From Phycisphaerae bacterium (GTDB lineage Bacteria > Planctomycetota > Phycisphaerae > JAJVII01), in NCBI GenBank assembly GCA_022072085.1, contig JAJVII010000008.1:64920-128919 (forward strand): a stretch of 64,000 nucleotides of DNA, read 5' to 3'. A program made the translations under genes and the position numbers. Positions 9,937 through 20,100 of this stretch are shown here, one piece after another. Numbering within the stretch: position 1 is the first letter of the stretch; each line of letters opens with the position of its first letter. The notes under the pieces were generated by a model that saw only the letters and a list, made by a program, of their open reading frames with translations, was not told the DNA's origin and did no database searches.

Positions 9937-11289
9937 CTAGCGCTCCATGCGATCCCGTCGGATGCCCGGAGGCGAGCCCGGCGGGGCCGTGCCGCGCGCC
10001 GACGCCGGCAGCGGCGTCAGGTCGATGCGGCCGGGCTGAACCGTCTGGGGGTCGATGTTGCGCACCGCCCGGGCGAAGTTGTGGATGCGGATCTCGTCGC
10101 CCTGCGGCCCGCGGCCGCTCGACCACTGCGGCGACCTCGGATCGCCGCTCTTGGGGTCGCTCCGCTGGGCGCCGGCGCCGTGAACGTTGAGGTAGTGCCG
10201 CGGGCCCGTACGCGGGTTGGGCATGTGGCCCATCGCCCGGCCGAAGGCGACGTAGATGGCCTCCTCCCCCGGCGTGCGCCCGCCTTCGAGGTGCGTCGTG
10301 CCGGTCCAGAACCATCCTTCGCCGCTGGTCATCGAGAAGACCGGATCGATCGCCGGCCCGCGGCCGGAGGCGTCGGTCGCGTCCGGCGCCCGGGTGTAGT
10401 CCACGATGCTTTGGAGTTCCTTCGCGTTGGGCAGCCGCCAGTCATCGTGGCCGGCCAGCTTGAGATTCTCGCACCAGGCCAGCGCCCCCCGCCAGTCCAG
10501 CCCCTTGCCCGAGTCGGCCTTCGTCCACATCAGCCCAGTCGCCAGGTCGCTGACCGTGCCGTCGCCGTTGTCCACGAAGTTGTTCTTGCCGTAGTCGCTG
10601 TTGCAGCGGACGAGCATGCCGTAGTGGACCGCCGCCCCGCCGCCGGGTCCGCGGTCGCGCGGGTAGCCCTTGATCCGCCCGTCGGCGAAGTTGACGCCGA
10701 AGACCGTCGGGGCGTTGTCCATCGTTCGGCCGACGTATTGCGTGCTCGACCAGTATTGCGAGTCGATGATCCGCTCGCCCTTGTCCGCGTCGCCGTAGGT
10801 GAACTTGAAGTACTTCGTGTCGATATAGGCCACCGGCGGGTTGGTCCGGCAGTTGCCGTTGAAGTCGATCAGCGAGTAGAGTTCCTTGATCGTCGGCGCC
10901 CGCCAGTCGGTGTAGCCGCCCGTGCGGCAGTTCTTGGGCGCGGCCAGGAACTGCGCGAAGGTCAGTTTGCCACCGCCGTCGGGGGCCTTCTGCCACATCA
11001 ACCCGGTGTTCAGGTCGCTGATCGTGCCGTCCTTGTTGTCGACATATCGCGCCGCCGGCCCCTGGTAGTAGCAGTCCTGGCCATGGAAGGCCTCGCCCGT
11101 CCGCGGCGCCGCACGCAACTGGGCCCGATCGCTGAAGCAGAGCTGCTGGCCGGTGTCCACGATGCAATAAGAGACGGCCGGTTTGTCGAACGCCGCGCTG
11201 GACGGGGACGTCGGATCGCCGGCGATGGCCGACGACGCGACAGCGGCCAGGACCAGTCCCAGGACGGCCTTGCAGATGTGCTTCATCAT
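9937..11289 (-). CDS. Secreted DUF1566 (Lcl C-terminal-like) repeat protein
   Basis: Two DUF1566-type repeats: DNKDGTISDLNTGLMWQKAPDGG and DNGDGTVSDLATGLMWTKADSG. Signal peptide MMKHICKAVLGLVLAAVASSAIAG. Start moved to ATGATG at 11289 with GGAGG RBS; the track start at 11331 adds a non-hydrophobic extension. Confidence 0.7.
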   Translation of the reverse strand: MMKHICKAVLGLVLAAVASSAIAGDPTSPSSAAFDKPAVSYCIVDTGQQLCFSDRAQLRAAPRTGEAFHGQDCYYQGPAARYVDNKDGTISDLNTGLMWQKAPDGGGKLTFAQFLAAPKNCRTGGYTDWRAPTIKELYSLIDFNGNCRTNPPVAYIDTKYFKFTYGDADKGERIIDSQYWSSTQYVGRTMDNAPTVFGVNFADGRIKGYPRDRGPGGGAAVHYGMLVRCNSDYGKNNFVDNGDGTVSDLATGLMWTKADSGKGLDWRGALAWCENLKLAGHDDWRLPNAKELQSIVDYTRAPDATDASGRGPAIDPVFSMTSGEGWFWTGTTHLEGGRTPGEEAIYVAFGRAMGHMPNPRTGPRHYLNVHGAGAQRSDPKSGDPRSPQWSSGRGPQGDEIRIHNFARAVRNIDPQTVQPGRIDLTPLPASARGTAPPGSPPGIRRDRMER

Positions 11290-11405
11290 CGTCTCCTCCC
11301 GGGCTGGACTCGCGTGAGATCGCGTCGCCACCGGTTACTTGAACGCAAAGCAGCCGCCCGCGTCTACCCGGATTTCCACGGCAATCTGTTGTGCGTGAAG
11401 GCCGA

Positions 11406-12188
11406 CTACGAACCGCCGCCGGCCGGCGATTCCTGACCGGCCGACCGGTCGAGCAGATCCCCCAGCAGTTCCGCGAGATAGTCCGGCGTCTCGTCACCCA
11501 CCGCGCAGTAGATCAGCCCGCCCTGCTGCACCGCGACCGTGCGGAAGCCCGACATCGGACAGACCCAGAACGTCCGCCCCTCCCTCTCGATCTTCCTGCC
11601 AGTTTGCAACTGCCGCGCGTTGACGTCCGAGACGATGAGGCTCACCTGGCCGTGCGGACCCTGCACGACCATATTGCCGGCCTTTCGCCCGAGGAATCGC
11701 GACACGCAGCAGGACTTCATCCGCCGCTCGCCCAGTTCGTCGGGCACGGGGCACTGGAAGCCCAGTTCACGCCGCAGATACGCCTGCGCATCGGCCGCCG
11801 ATTCGTGCTGCATCCCTTGGCCGCCGGCCAGATTCTGCCGATGCAGTTCGACCAGTTCCATCGCAGCCGCCTGCGCAGGCGCCGGCTCGCCAAGCCGCAT
11901 CACCGCAACGACGGTCAGGCCCGCCGCCAGGCACGCCGCCGCAGCCAGCGGCCACCACCGCCGCAGCAGCGACCGGCCGCCGCTCGCCGACAGACTGCGC
12001 ACGCGGGCCTCGGCCTGGGGCGACACGTGCACGTCCGCAAACGCCTGCCGCAGCCGGGTCTTCAACTCGCGTGCCTCAGCCAGCCGGCCGCGACACGCCT
12101 GGCAAGCGGCCAGGTGCCCTGCTGCCCCCGCGTCGGGCTCGCCGGCCAGCGCGTCCTCCAACTGGATGTCGTCCAGACAGTCGCTCAT
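11406..12188 (-). CDS. Zinc-finger (ZAS-type) anti-sigma factor, single-pass membrane protein
   Basis: HLAACQAC (HxxxCxxC) motif, TM helix WWPLAAAACLAAGLTVVAV. ATGA start/stop overlap with upstream ECF sigma gene (12185-12188). Confidence 0.65.
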   Translation of the reverse strand: MSDCLDDIQLEDALAGEPDAGAAGHLAACQACRGRLAEARELKTRLRQAFADVHVSPQAEARVRSLSASGGRSLLRRWWPLAAAACLAAGLTVVAVMRLGEPAPAQAAAMELVELHRQNLAGGQGMQHESAADAQAYLRRELGFQCPVPDELGERRMKSCCVSRFLGRKAGNMVVQGPHGQVSLIVSDVNARQLQTGRKIEREGRTFWVCPMSGFRTVAVQQGGLIYCAVGDETPDYLAELLGDLLDRSAGQESPAGGGS

Positions 12189-12730
12189 CCCTGCTTCCCT
12201 CCGGGCCCATCGCCTGGGCCCGACAGCCGCTCGCGGATCATCTGCCGCGCCCGGCTCGCACGCGACTTGGCCGTCCCAACGGCCACGCCCATCGCCTCCG
12301 CGGCCTCCGCGTGGGTCAGCCCCTCGACGTCGACCAGGAACATCGCCAGGCGATACTCAAGCGGCAGATCGCGAATCGCCGCAGCCAGGCGATCGTCACT
12401 GAGGCCCTCGACGTAGGCCTCCGCGTCGCCGCGTGGGGGCGGGTCGGCTGCGGGCTCGCGCGCCGCCCGCAGGTCCAGCTTGCCCGGGTCCGCCGCCGCG
12501 GGCCGGCGCTTCCGCAGAAGGTCGATCCACGCGTTGGCCATGATCCGCAGCAGCCAGGCCCGGGCGTTGCTGCCGGCCTGGAATCGGCTGAACTGCTCCC
12601 ATGCCTTCAGGTAGGTCGCCTGGAGCAGATCGTCGGCCAGCCCGGCATCGCCGCACAGCGCGAACGCCGCCCGGTAGACGGCGTCCATCCAGACCAGGGC
12701 CTCGGACTCGAATCGGCTGCGATCGGCCAC
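12185..12730 (-). CDS. ECF (extracytoplasmic function) RNA polymerase sigma-70 family factor
   Basis: Region 2 (DLLQATYLKAWEQFSRF, ARAWLLRIMANAWIDLLRKRR) and region 4 HTH (LTHAEAAEAMGVAVGTAKSRASRARQMIRERL). Confidence 0.85.
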   Translation of the reverse strand: MADRSRFESEALVWMDAVYRAAFALCGDAGLADDLLQATYLKAWEQFSRFQAGSNARAWLLRIMANAWIDLLRKRRPAAADPGKLDLRAAREPAADPPPRGDAEAYVEGLSDDRLAAAIRDLPLEYRLAMFLVDVEGLTHAEAAEAMGVAVGTAKSRASRARQMIRERLSGPGDGPGGKQG

Positions 12731-12834
12731 GACACGCGGACAGGCTTTCGCCTGCTCTCTCCATAACGAACCAGGGGCTCAGAAGGTTCCCGATGATCGG
12801 CGTCGCTCCGGCCAGACCCGCATAGGAAACGGGT

Positions 12835-15800
12835 TCACGGGAATCCGTGCGTCCAGTCGCCGCTGGTCGGCGTGCCGACCGCGCCCGTCGCATCCAGCCC
12901 GCTGACGTAGTAGCGGCGCCGGTCGGTCGTGGGGAACTCGGCGTCGTCCCAGCAGGCCGGCGCCGCCAGCGGCGCCGCCTGGAGCCGGAAAACGTAGTCC
13001 TTGTACCAGCCGTCCATCCGCATCGCCCGATAACCGGTCGCGTCGCCGCCCCGGCACGTGCCCCAGAGGATCAGCCGTCTGCCATCGGCCCAGGGGATGG
13101 TCCGCACCGGGCCCGGCGGATCGGCCAGCGCCAGCGTCACCGGCGACGGGCCGCCTTCGACGCCCCACGCGTTCACCGGCCGAACGACGTAGGCGTAAGT
13201 CCTCGGCCAGGTCAGTTCGTCGGCTGGCCCAGCCACCTCAGCCGACGCATCGACGAACTCGCCGTCGGCGGCCGGATGGTCCGTGATTCGCGTCAGCGTC
13301 TTGGCCACGTCCTCGGGGTTGAACCGCGTCGTCCACGGCGACAGCTCGACCGGGGCGCGGTAGACGTGGCAGCCGACCACGTCGTCGCCGACGGTCGTCC
13401 ACTTCAGATGCACGCCGCCAGCCGGGCGAACCATGGCCGTCAGATCGCAGACGATCCGCGGCGCGGTGCGGGCCGCGGAACTCGGCACGCCGGCCTGGCC
13501 GTCTTCGCCCAGCGCGACGACGCGATAGAAGGTCAGCGCCTTGGCGCCGGGCATGTCGGTGAACGTCGTCTGGCTGCCAGGGACTTCGCCGGCCTTCTGC
13601 CAGGTCACCTGCCACGCGTGGTCGGCCGCCCCGCGTTCGATGCGATACTTCGCGGGCTGGGCCGCCGGCGGCGACCAGGTGATCTTCACGCTCCCACCGG
13701 CGACCGTCGTGCAGGCTACATCCGCCGGCCCGGCCGCCACCGCGGGCCCGCCCTGGGCCGGCAGGTAACGATAGGTCCAGGTCTCGCGGGCGTTCAGCGA
13801 CGCGGAAAGCCCGCTGGGGCTCGTGCCGCCGATTACCGCGACGTTGTTGGCGCGGTCGTAGGCAGCGTCCCAGACCTTGCCCCGCGCCGGGCAGGGATAG
13901 ACCGACGGCTGGCGATCCCAGCGGTTGTCGCGGATGTGGTAGACCCAGACGCCGACCTGCCCGCCGGAGGCGTTGAACGCGAGCATCACGTCGTTGGCCG
14001 AGTCGTAGACCATCGGACAGGGCGGTGGAACGTCGCCGCGCGGGCGCAGGTCGGTCCAGGCATGGGTCGTAGGGTCGAACGCCCACGTGGACTTCTCGTC
14101 GAACGTGATGAACAGGCCCGTCTTTCGGTCGAACTGCCCGCCGGTGTCCAGGCCGGGCGTCGGGCCGGGGCCCTTGGGGCGAAACTCGAACCAGGAGTTG
14201 GCGTAGACATCGAACGCAATCAGCCGGTCGCGCCACCACAGCGTCACGCCGTGCCGCGGGTCGTGGCTGGCGGGCATGTAGCCACCGGCCCAGTATGACA
14301 GGGCCCGCGCCGGATACCACTGGTCGGTCGTCACGTCGAGGATCCAGGGCGAGCTGTGCATCAGGTTCGCCCGCAGCGCGTTGTGCCAGCCGTGCGAGCA
14401 GCTTCCGCCGCTGCGCGGCGAGATGACTACGCGGTTGGCGTCGTCGTATGCCGTTCCGCGCACGCCGCAGACGCCGTTGGGCCAGTGGACGCTGTCGGTC
14501 AGCCGCGTCCATCGCGACGACTCGGCGTCGAAGAACCAGGTCAGCGCCGTCTGCGGCGTGTCGTAGCGCCGCCCGTGAGCGCCCCACTGCACGATGCGGC
14601 CGTTGAACGCGTCATAGCAGAGCGACGATTCGTAGGTCAGATTGGTAACCAGGTTCTCCTCGGCGTGGTCGTCCCACGCCCGCAGGACGAAGCTGTTGGC
14701 AGGCTGCGCGGCCACCGGCGGGGCTTCGGTGATGCCGCCAGCGTCGCGGTCGCTGCCAGCCAGTTTGGCCAGCGCCTCGCGGACGCGCGGCATCTCGCGG
14801 AAGTCCCGCCGGCGCAGCGCCGCGACGGCCTCGATCGCGACGGCCGTGTTCGTGTCGCCGGTTGCCACTTCGATCAGCGCCTCGGCCGCCAGCGGGTCGG
14901 GCGTGACGCCCAGCGAGCGGGCGGCGCCCATCCTTACCCGGGCGTCCTGGTCATGGCCCAGACGGACCAGGGCATCCACCGCCTCCGGCCACAGCCGCCC
15001 GCCCAGCGCCGAGGCCGCCGCGCCGCGGATGCTCGGACGACGGTCCGCCGACGCCTGCACCAGCGCCAGCGTCGCCTCGCGCCCCGCCGACCGGACCGCG
15101 CCCCACATGTGTTCGTTCCGCGTGTGGTTGTCCAGCACGTCGCTGCCTTCTAGCAGTTCGACGATCGCCGGACCGTAGGCCAGATCGCCGAGTCGGCCGG
15201 CCGCGTTGCACGCCCCGATCCGGTCGGCATGCGTGAGCAGCGGGATAAGGAACTCCGCCGTCTCGCGCGGCGTCGCCAACGCCAGGTGGCGCACCGCCAG
15301 CGGCAGGTAGCGCGGCGAGTCGGGCGTCGCCAAGTCGATCATCTTCTCCTGCCCGGCGCGGTCGGCCAGACGGGCCAGGCCGATGACGGCGTAGTTCCGC
15401 AGCCGCTCGGGGGCCTTCACGTCGGCGGCAATCTTGCCCAGCGGGTCGGCTGCCAGCGGCGAGAGGCTGTGCCCCAGGCCCAGGATGGCCGCGATCCGCA
15501 GGTCCGCGTTGGCGGCCGCGTCGTCCAGCGCCTTGGCCGCCCGGGCGATGCCCGCCTTGCTGCCCAGCCTGGCCAGCGAGCAGACGGCCCCGCAGCGGAC
15601 GCCGGCGTCCTTGTCGTCGGCCAGCCGCAGGAGAAGTTCCTCGGCTCTGACACCTGGCACGTCGGCCAGCAGTTCGGCGGCGGCGGCGCGGACCGCTGGG
15701 TCGGCGTCGGCGGCGGTCTTGGCAACGACCTCCTCGGCCCGGCCGGCGCTGACCTCGACCAGCGCGGTCAGCGCCGACACCCGCAGGTCGCTCGCGGCCT

Positions 15801-16893
15801 GGGTGTCGGCGGCCAAGGCAGCCAGCTTCGCGCGGGCCGTCTCCGTGCCCAGCCTGGCCAGTGACTGACAAGCGACGAAGCGGACCGCTGGGTCGGCGTC
15901 GGCCAGTTGGCTCATCAGGCAGCGTTGGGCCGACTCGTTGTCCGGGCGACAGAAGCCCAGGCCGAACGCGACTGCCCGGCGAACCTCGACGTCCTTGTCG
16001 CCGGCGTCGGGCGTCAGGCGGTCGGCGGCGTCAAGTTGTCCCTGGGCCATCGCAGCCAGGTAGCGGTGCGACGGCTCGTTGGTGACGACCTCGCGCACGC
16101 GTGCCCGCATCGCCCAGCGGCCACAGGGGTCGCCGCAGCGGCCGAGGCCCCAGAGGCTCAGTTCCATCGTGCCGGAATGGTCCAGCCAGGCGTGCTCCCA
16201 GAGCTGCCGCGCCAGCACGGGCTCGCGGGCCCGGGCGAGCAGTTCGACGGCGAGTTTCCAGTTCCGCCCGCCGACCGGCCCGCCCTGCTCCAGCGCGAAC
16301 AGCAGGCCCTTGCGGTCGATGCGGTCGGCCAGCACCTCGAAGATCGAGACGCGGCCGGGCCAGGCGCGGAAGATGAATTCGCCCTCCAGCCGGCACAGGG
16401 CAGCCAGCGCCTGGAGGCGCGTCGAGCCGTCGTCGCTGCCGGCCAACCGCGTCAGCGGCACGGCCGCGTCCGAGTCGCCGCGTGCGTCGAGGGACGATAC
16501 GTCCTCGCGGCCGTCCTGCTTCTCGGCTGCCGGCGGATCGAAGACGACCACGTCGTTGATCCAGCGGATGCGCGTGCCGGTGGCGGCGGCGACACGCTCG
16601 ACAAGGGCATCGACCTTCACCGACTCGCCGGGCCTGAACGGACCGACGGGGGCATCGAACCGGGCGGGAATGACGGCGTAGAGCAGCCCGGCCTGGCGAT
16701 GGGCGGTGGTCAGGGCTTCCGGCGCCCGCATCCACGCCCGCGGCACGACGACGGCGGCCTGACGCGACTGGGCGGGCCCCCGAACGGGTGCGTTGCGGAC
16801 CTGGCCGTCCTCGATGAGCACGCCGGGCGTTGCGGCCATGGAGCAGGAGCAGAGCACGCAGAGCAGCAGGATCAGGATCGCCGGGCAGGTCAT
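12835..16893 (-). CDS. Large secreted multidomain protein: signal peptide, PBS-lyase/HEAT-like repeats, Kelch/galactose-oxidase-like beta-propeller, two FN3-like domains
   Basis: Start set at ATG 16893 (MTCPAILILLLCVLCSCSMAATP signal peptide, GGAGA RBS); the track start 17352 would overlap czcA. HEAT-like repeats (DADPAVRFVACQSLARLG, DADPAVRAAAAELLADVPG, DAGVRCGAVCSLARLG). Kelch-like blades (FDPTTHAWTDLRPRG, WVYHIRDNRWD), paralogous to the CDS at 32435..34843. FN3-like segment (VKITWSPPAAQPAKYRIERG). Confidence 0.6.
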   Translation of the reverse strand: MTCPAILILLLCVLCSCSMAATPGVLIEDGQVRNAPVRGPAQSRQAAVVVPRAWMRAPEALTTAHRQAGLLYAVIPARFDAPVGPFRPGESVKVDALVERVAAATGTRIRWINDVVVFDPPAAEKQDGREDVSSLDARGDSDAAVPLTRLAGSDDGSTRLQALAALCRLEGEFIFRAWPGRVSIFEVLADRIDRKGLLFALEQGGPVGGRNWKLAVELLARAREPVLARQLWEHAWLDHSGTMELSLWGLGRCGDPCGRWAMRARVREVVTNEPSHRYLAAMAQGQLDAADRLTPDAGDKDVEVRRAVAFGLGFCRPDNESAQRCLMSQLADADPAVRFVACQSLARLGTETARAKLAALAADTQAASDLRVSALTALVEVSAGRAEEVVAKTAADADPAVRAAAAELLADVPGVRAEELLLRLADDKDAGVRCGAVCSLARLGSKAGIARAAKALDDAAANADLRIAAILGLGHSLSPLAADPLGKIAADVKAPERLRNYAVIGLARLADRAGQEKMIDLATPDSPRYLPLAVRHLALATPRETAEFLIPLLTHADRIGACNAAGRLGDLAYGPAIVELLEGSDVLDNHTRNEHMWGAVRSAGREATLALVQASADRRPSIRGAAASALGGRLWPEAVDALVRLGHDQDARVRMGAARSLGVTPDPLAAEALIEVATGDTNTAVAIEAVAALRRRDFREMPRVREALAKLAGSDRDAGGITEAPPVAAQPANSFVLRAWDDHAEENLVTNLTYESSLCYDAFNGRIVQWGAHGRRYDTPQTALTWFFDAESSRWTRLTDSVHWPNGVCGVRGTAYDDANRVVISPRSGGSCSHGWHNALRANLMHSSPWILDVTTDQWYPARALSYWAGGYMPASHDPRHGVTLWWRDRLIAFDVYANSWFEFRPKGPGPTPGLDTGGQFDRKTGLFITFDEKSTWAFDPTTHAWTDLRPRGDVPPPCPMVYDSANDVMLAFNASGGQVGVWVYHIRDNRWDRQPSVYPCPARGKVWDAAYDRANNVAVIGGTSPSGLSASLNARETWTYRYLPAQGGPAVAAGPADVACTTVAGGSVKITWSPPAAQPAKYRIERGAADHAWQVTWQKAGEVPGSQTTFTDMPGAKALTFYRVVALGEDGQAGVPSSAARTAPRIVCDLTAMVRPAGGVHLKWTTVGDDVVGCHVYRAPVELSPWTTRFNPEDVAKTLTRITDHPAADGEFVDASAEVAGPADELTWPRTYAYVVRPVNAWGVEGGPSPVTLALADPPGPVRTIPWADGRRLILWGTCRGGDATGYRAMRMDGWYKDYVFRLQAAPLAAPACWDDAEFPTTDRRRYYVSGLDATGAVGTPTSGDWTHGFP

Positions 16894-17165
16894 CGCAGGT
16901 CTCCGTAAATTGAACGTAGCGCGGATCGCACAGGTTGCCGCCACCGTCGCATGCCGGCTGGGCCGTCGTGCTTGACGTAGTAGAGAGTTCGATGGGAGCC
17001 CAGTCAAGTAGGCAGGGGAAGCGGCGAGCCGGAATCTCATCGAGATCGGATAAGTCTGCTGCTTGCAGCGGAATGAATCCCCGTCGCAAGCGACGGGGCT
17101 TGGCCGAAGACCGGGCGCGATTGCCTCGGGGCAACGCCCGCCGAACGCCGGGCGAGCCCGCAGGA

Positions 17166-20100
17166 TCAAGCGACGGTCGGCGAAACCTGCGCCGTTGCAG
17201 CGTGGTGGAACCGGCCGGTCAGCGCGACGCGCTTGGCCAGATAGAAGATGACCGGATAGACCAGCAATTCCATGATGAAGCTTATGGCCAAGCCGCCGAT
17301 CATCGGGGCGGCCAGGCGGCGCATGGTGTCGGCGCCGGCGCCGCTGGCCCACATCAGCGGAACCAGACCGATAAAGGTGGTGACAACGGTCATCGTCTTG
17401 GGGCGAATGCGCATCACGGCGCCGTCATGGACGGCGTGCCAGAGGTCGTCGGGGTTCCGCATGCGGCCCTCGGCTCGGAACCGCTCAAAGCTGTTGTCCA
17501 GATAGAGCAACATGACCAGGCCGGTCTCGGCGTCCAGCCCGGCCAGGGCGATGATGCCCACCCACACCGCCAGGGACAGGTTGTAGTCCAGGAAGTAGAG
17601 CAACCAAACGGCCCCGACCAGGCTGAACGGGACGGCCAGCAGGACGATGCCGACCCTCAGCCAGCTATGCGTGGCCATATAGAGCAGCAGGATGATCAGC
17701 ACCGCAGCGATGGGCACGACGACCATCAGCCGCTTGCGGGCCGCCTCCATGTACTCATATTGCCCGGACCAGACGACGCTGTAGCCGGGCGGCAGCTTAA
17801 CTCCCGCATCAACAGCCCGCTGGGCGTTGGCCACGTAGGTGCCCACGTCGATGCCGGCGATATCGACGTAGACCCAGCTCGTCAGCCGGGCGTTCTCGCT
17901 CTTGACCATCGGCGGGCCCTTGTGGATATTGAAAGTGGCCAACTGGGCCAGGGGCACTTGAGCGCCATTGGGTGTGGCCACCAGTGTCTGCTTGAGTGAA
18001 TCGATGTTATCGCGCAGCTCATGGGGATAGCGGATGTTGACCGGGTAGCGTTGCAGGCCCTCGACGGTGGAGGTGGCGTTCATGCCGCCCAGGGCGCTCA
18101 TGATTACGTCCTGCACGTCGGCCCGCTTAAGCCCGTAGCGCTGAAGCTGCTCGTCGCTCAGGTCGTCCCGCGGACGAATATCCAGGTAATTCCCGCCGAC
18201 GCTCTTCTCGGGGAAAGCGCTGACGGTATAGGGGCCGGTCCCATCGGAGGTCTTGACCACCTGGGCGATCTGACTGGCCAGTTCCGACAGGGTCTTGAGG
18301 TCCGGGCCCATCACCTTGATGCCCACCGGCGTCTTGATGCCGGTGGAAAGCATGTCGATGCGAGTCTTGATCGGCATGGTCCAGGCATTGGTCAGTCCGG
18401 GAATCTGGACCACCTCGTTGAGCCCCGGCACGTGTCTGCCGTCGGGCCACTCGTAACCGTAGATCAGTTCGTTCACGGTAATCGCCCGGGTATCCGACCA
18501 TATCCTGGCCGGCAGCCAGCGAGCCCAGGCCGGCCAGCCGCTGTAGAAACGGGTCAGCGGTTTCTGCCGCCAGCGGCTCTTGTCGCGGCGGAGGGTGATG
18601 GTGGTCTCCAACATGCTGGGCGGGGCCGGGTCGGTGGCGGTCTCCGCCCGCCCGGCCTTGCCCAGAACCGACTCGACTTCCGGAAACTGCTTGATCAGGT
18701 TGTCGGTTTGCTGGAGCAATTCCCGAGCCTTGTCCATGCTGATGCCTGGGTCGGTGGTGGGCATGTAGAGCAGGTCGCCCTCCTCCAGCGGGGGCATGAA
18801 CTCGCTGCCGAGGCGGCTGAGCGGCCAGAGCGTGATCAGCAGCAGCGTGAAGGCGACGGCCAACGTCAGCCATTTCCGCGACATCACCGCCACAAAGAAT
18901 GGGTGATACAGACGCTGGAGCGCCCAGGAAATCGGATTGGCCCGCTCGTGGATGATCTTCTGCGGCACCAGCAGCATCCCCGCCAGGACGATCCACCCGA
19001 TCGCCAGCCAGTGGCGATACGGGGCCAGGGCGGACAGCGGCAGCAACAGGATGATTGCCGCCGGAATCAGCATCGTCAGCATGGTCACGGCCAGGTTGGT
19101 CTTCCAGCCCCAGCGTTTAGGCAACACGCGGGCCGTTATGAACAGGCTCATCAGCACCGGGATGATCGTCACCGCCAGGAACGCCGAACTGCCCATGGCA
19201 AAGGTCTTCGTGAACGCCAGCGGGCGGAACAGTCGCCCGGACTGCTCGCCCAAGGCGAAGACCGGAAGGAAGCTGACGGTGATGATCAGCAGGCTGAAGA
19301 ACAGGCTCGGGCCGACCTCCGTCGCCGCCCGAGCGATGATGCTGCGTCGGTCCTCCGGCACCCCTGCCAGACCGGCCGCTGCCAGCCGGTGCAGCCGATC
19401 CTCCTCGCGGTCGAGGTGCTTGTGGGAGTTCTCGACCATGACGATCGAGCTGTCCACCATCACGCCGATGGCGATGGCGATGCCGCCCAGGCTCATGATG
19501 TTCGCGTTGATCCCCAGCAGGCGCATCAGCAGGATGCTCGCCAGGACGCCGGTCGGCACCACGAAGACCGCCACCAATTCGCTGCGGGCATGCAGAAGGA
19601 ACAGGATGCACACCAGCGCGACGACGGTAATCTCCTCCATCAGCGTGCCGCTGAGCGTGTGCACCGCCCGGTCGATCAGGTCGCTGCGGTCGTAGCCGAC
19701 CTCGATCGCCACCCCCGGCGGCAGGCCCTTCTCCAGGTCGGCCAGCTTCTGCCGCACGCGATCGATCGTCGTGCGGGCGTTCTGGCCGAAGCGCATGACG
19801 ATGATTCCGCCGACGGTCTCGCCTTCGCCGTTCCAGTCGGCCACGCCGCGTCGTATCTCCGGCCCCGTGCGAACCTCGGCCAAGTCGGCAAGATAGATCG
19901 GGGTCCCGTCCTCCGTTGCGCCCAGAGCGATCTTGCGCAGGTCCGTCAACACCCGCTCGGTGCGAATCCGGTCGACGCTCTTGCCGGCCGCCCGGGCGTC
20001 CGCGATCTCTGCATCGCTCAACGTGCCCAGGTAGCCTAGCCCGCGAACCATGTACTCCGTCTCGCTAATCTCGATCAGCCTGCCGCCCACATCGCTGTTG

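Noticed and set aside
9763-11436. 557-aa + ORF opposite the DUF1566 gene, and similar long antisense ORFs (18021..20039 opposite czcA, 21482..22600 and 22637..23611 opposite the MFP, 35849..36883, 46451..49186, 51277..52650)
   Set aside because: Low-complexity R/A/G/P composition and no motifs, each paired with a motif-rich gene on the other strand.
17166-17352. Track start of the 1505-aa ORF at 17352 overlapping the czcA 3' end
   Set aside because: The first 153 codons are Arg-rich with no signal. ATG 16893 gives a proper signal peptide and removes the overlap.
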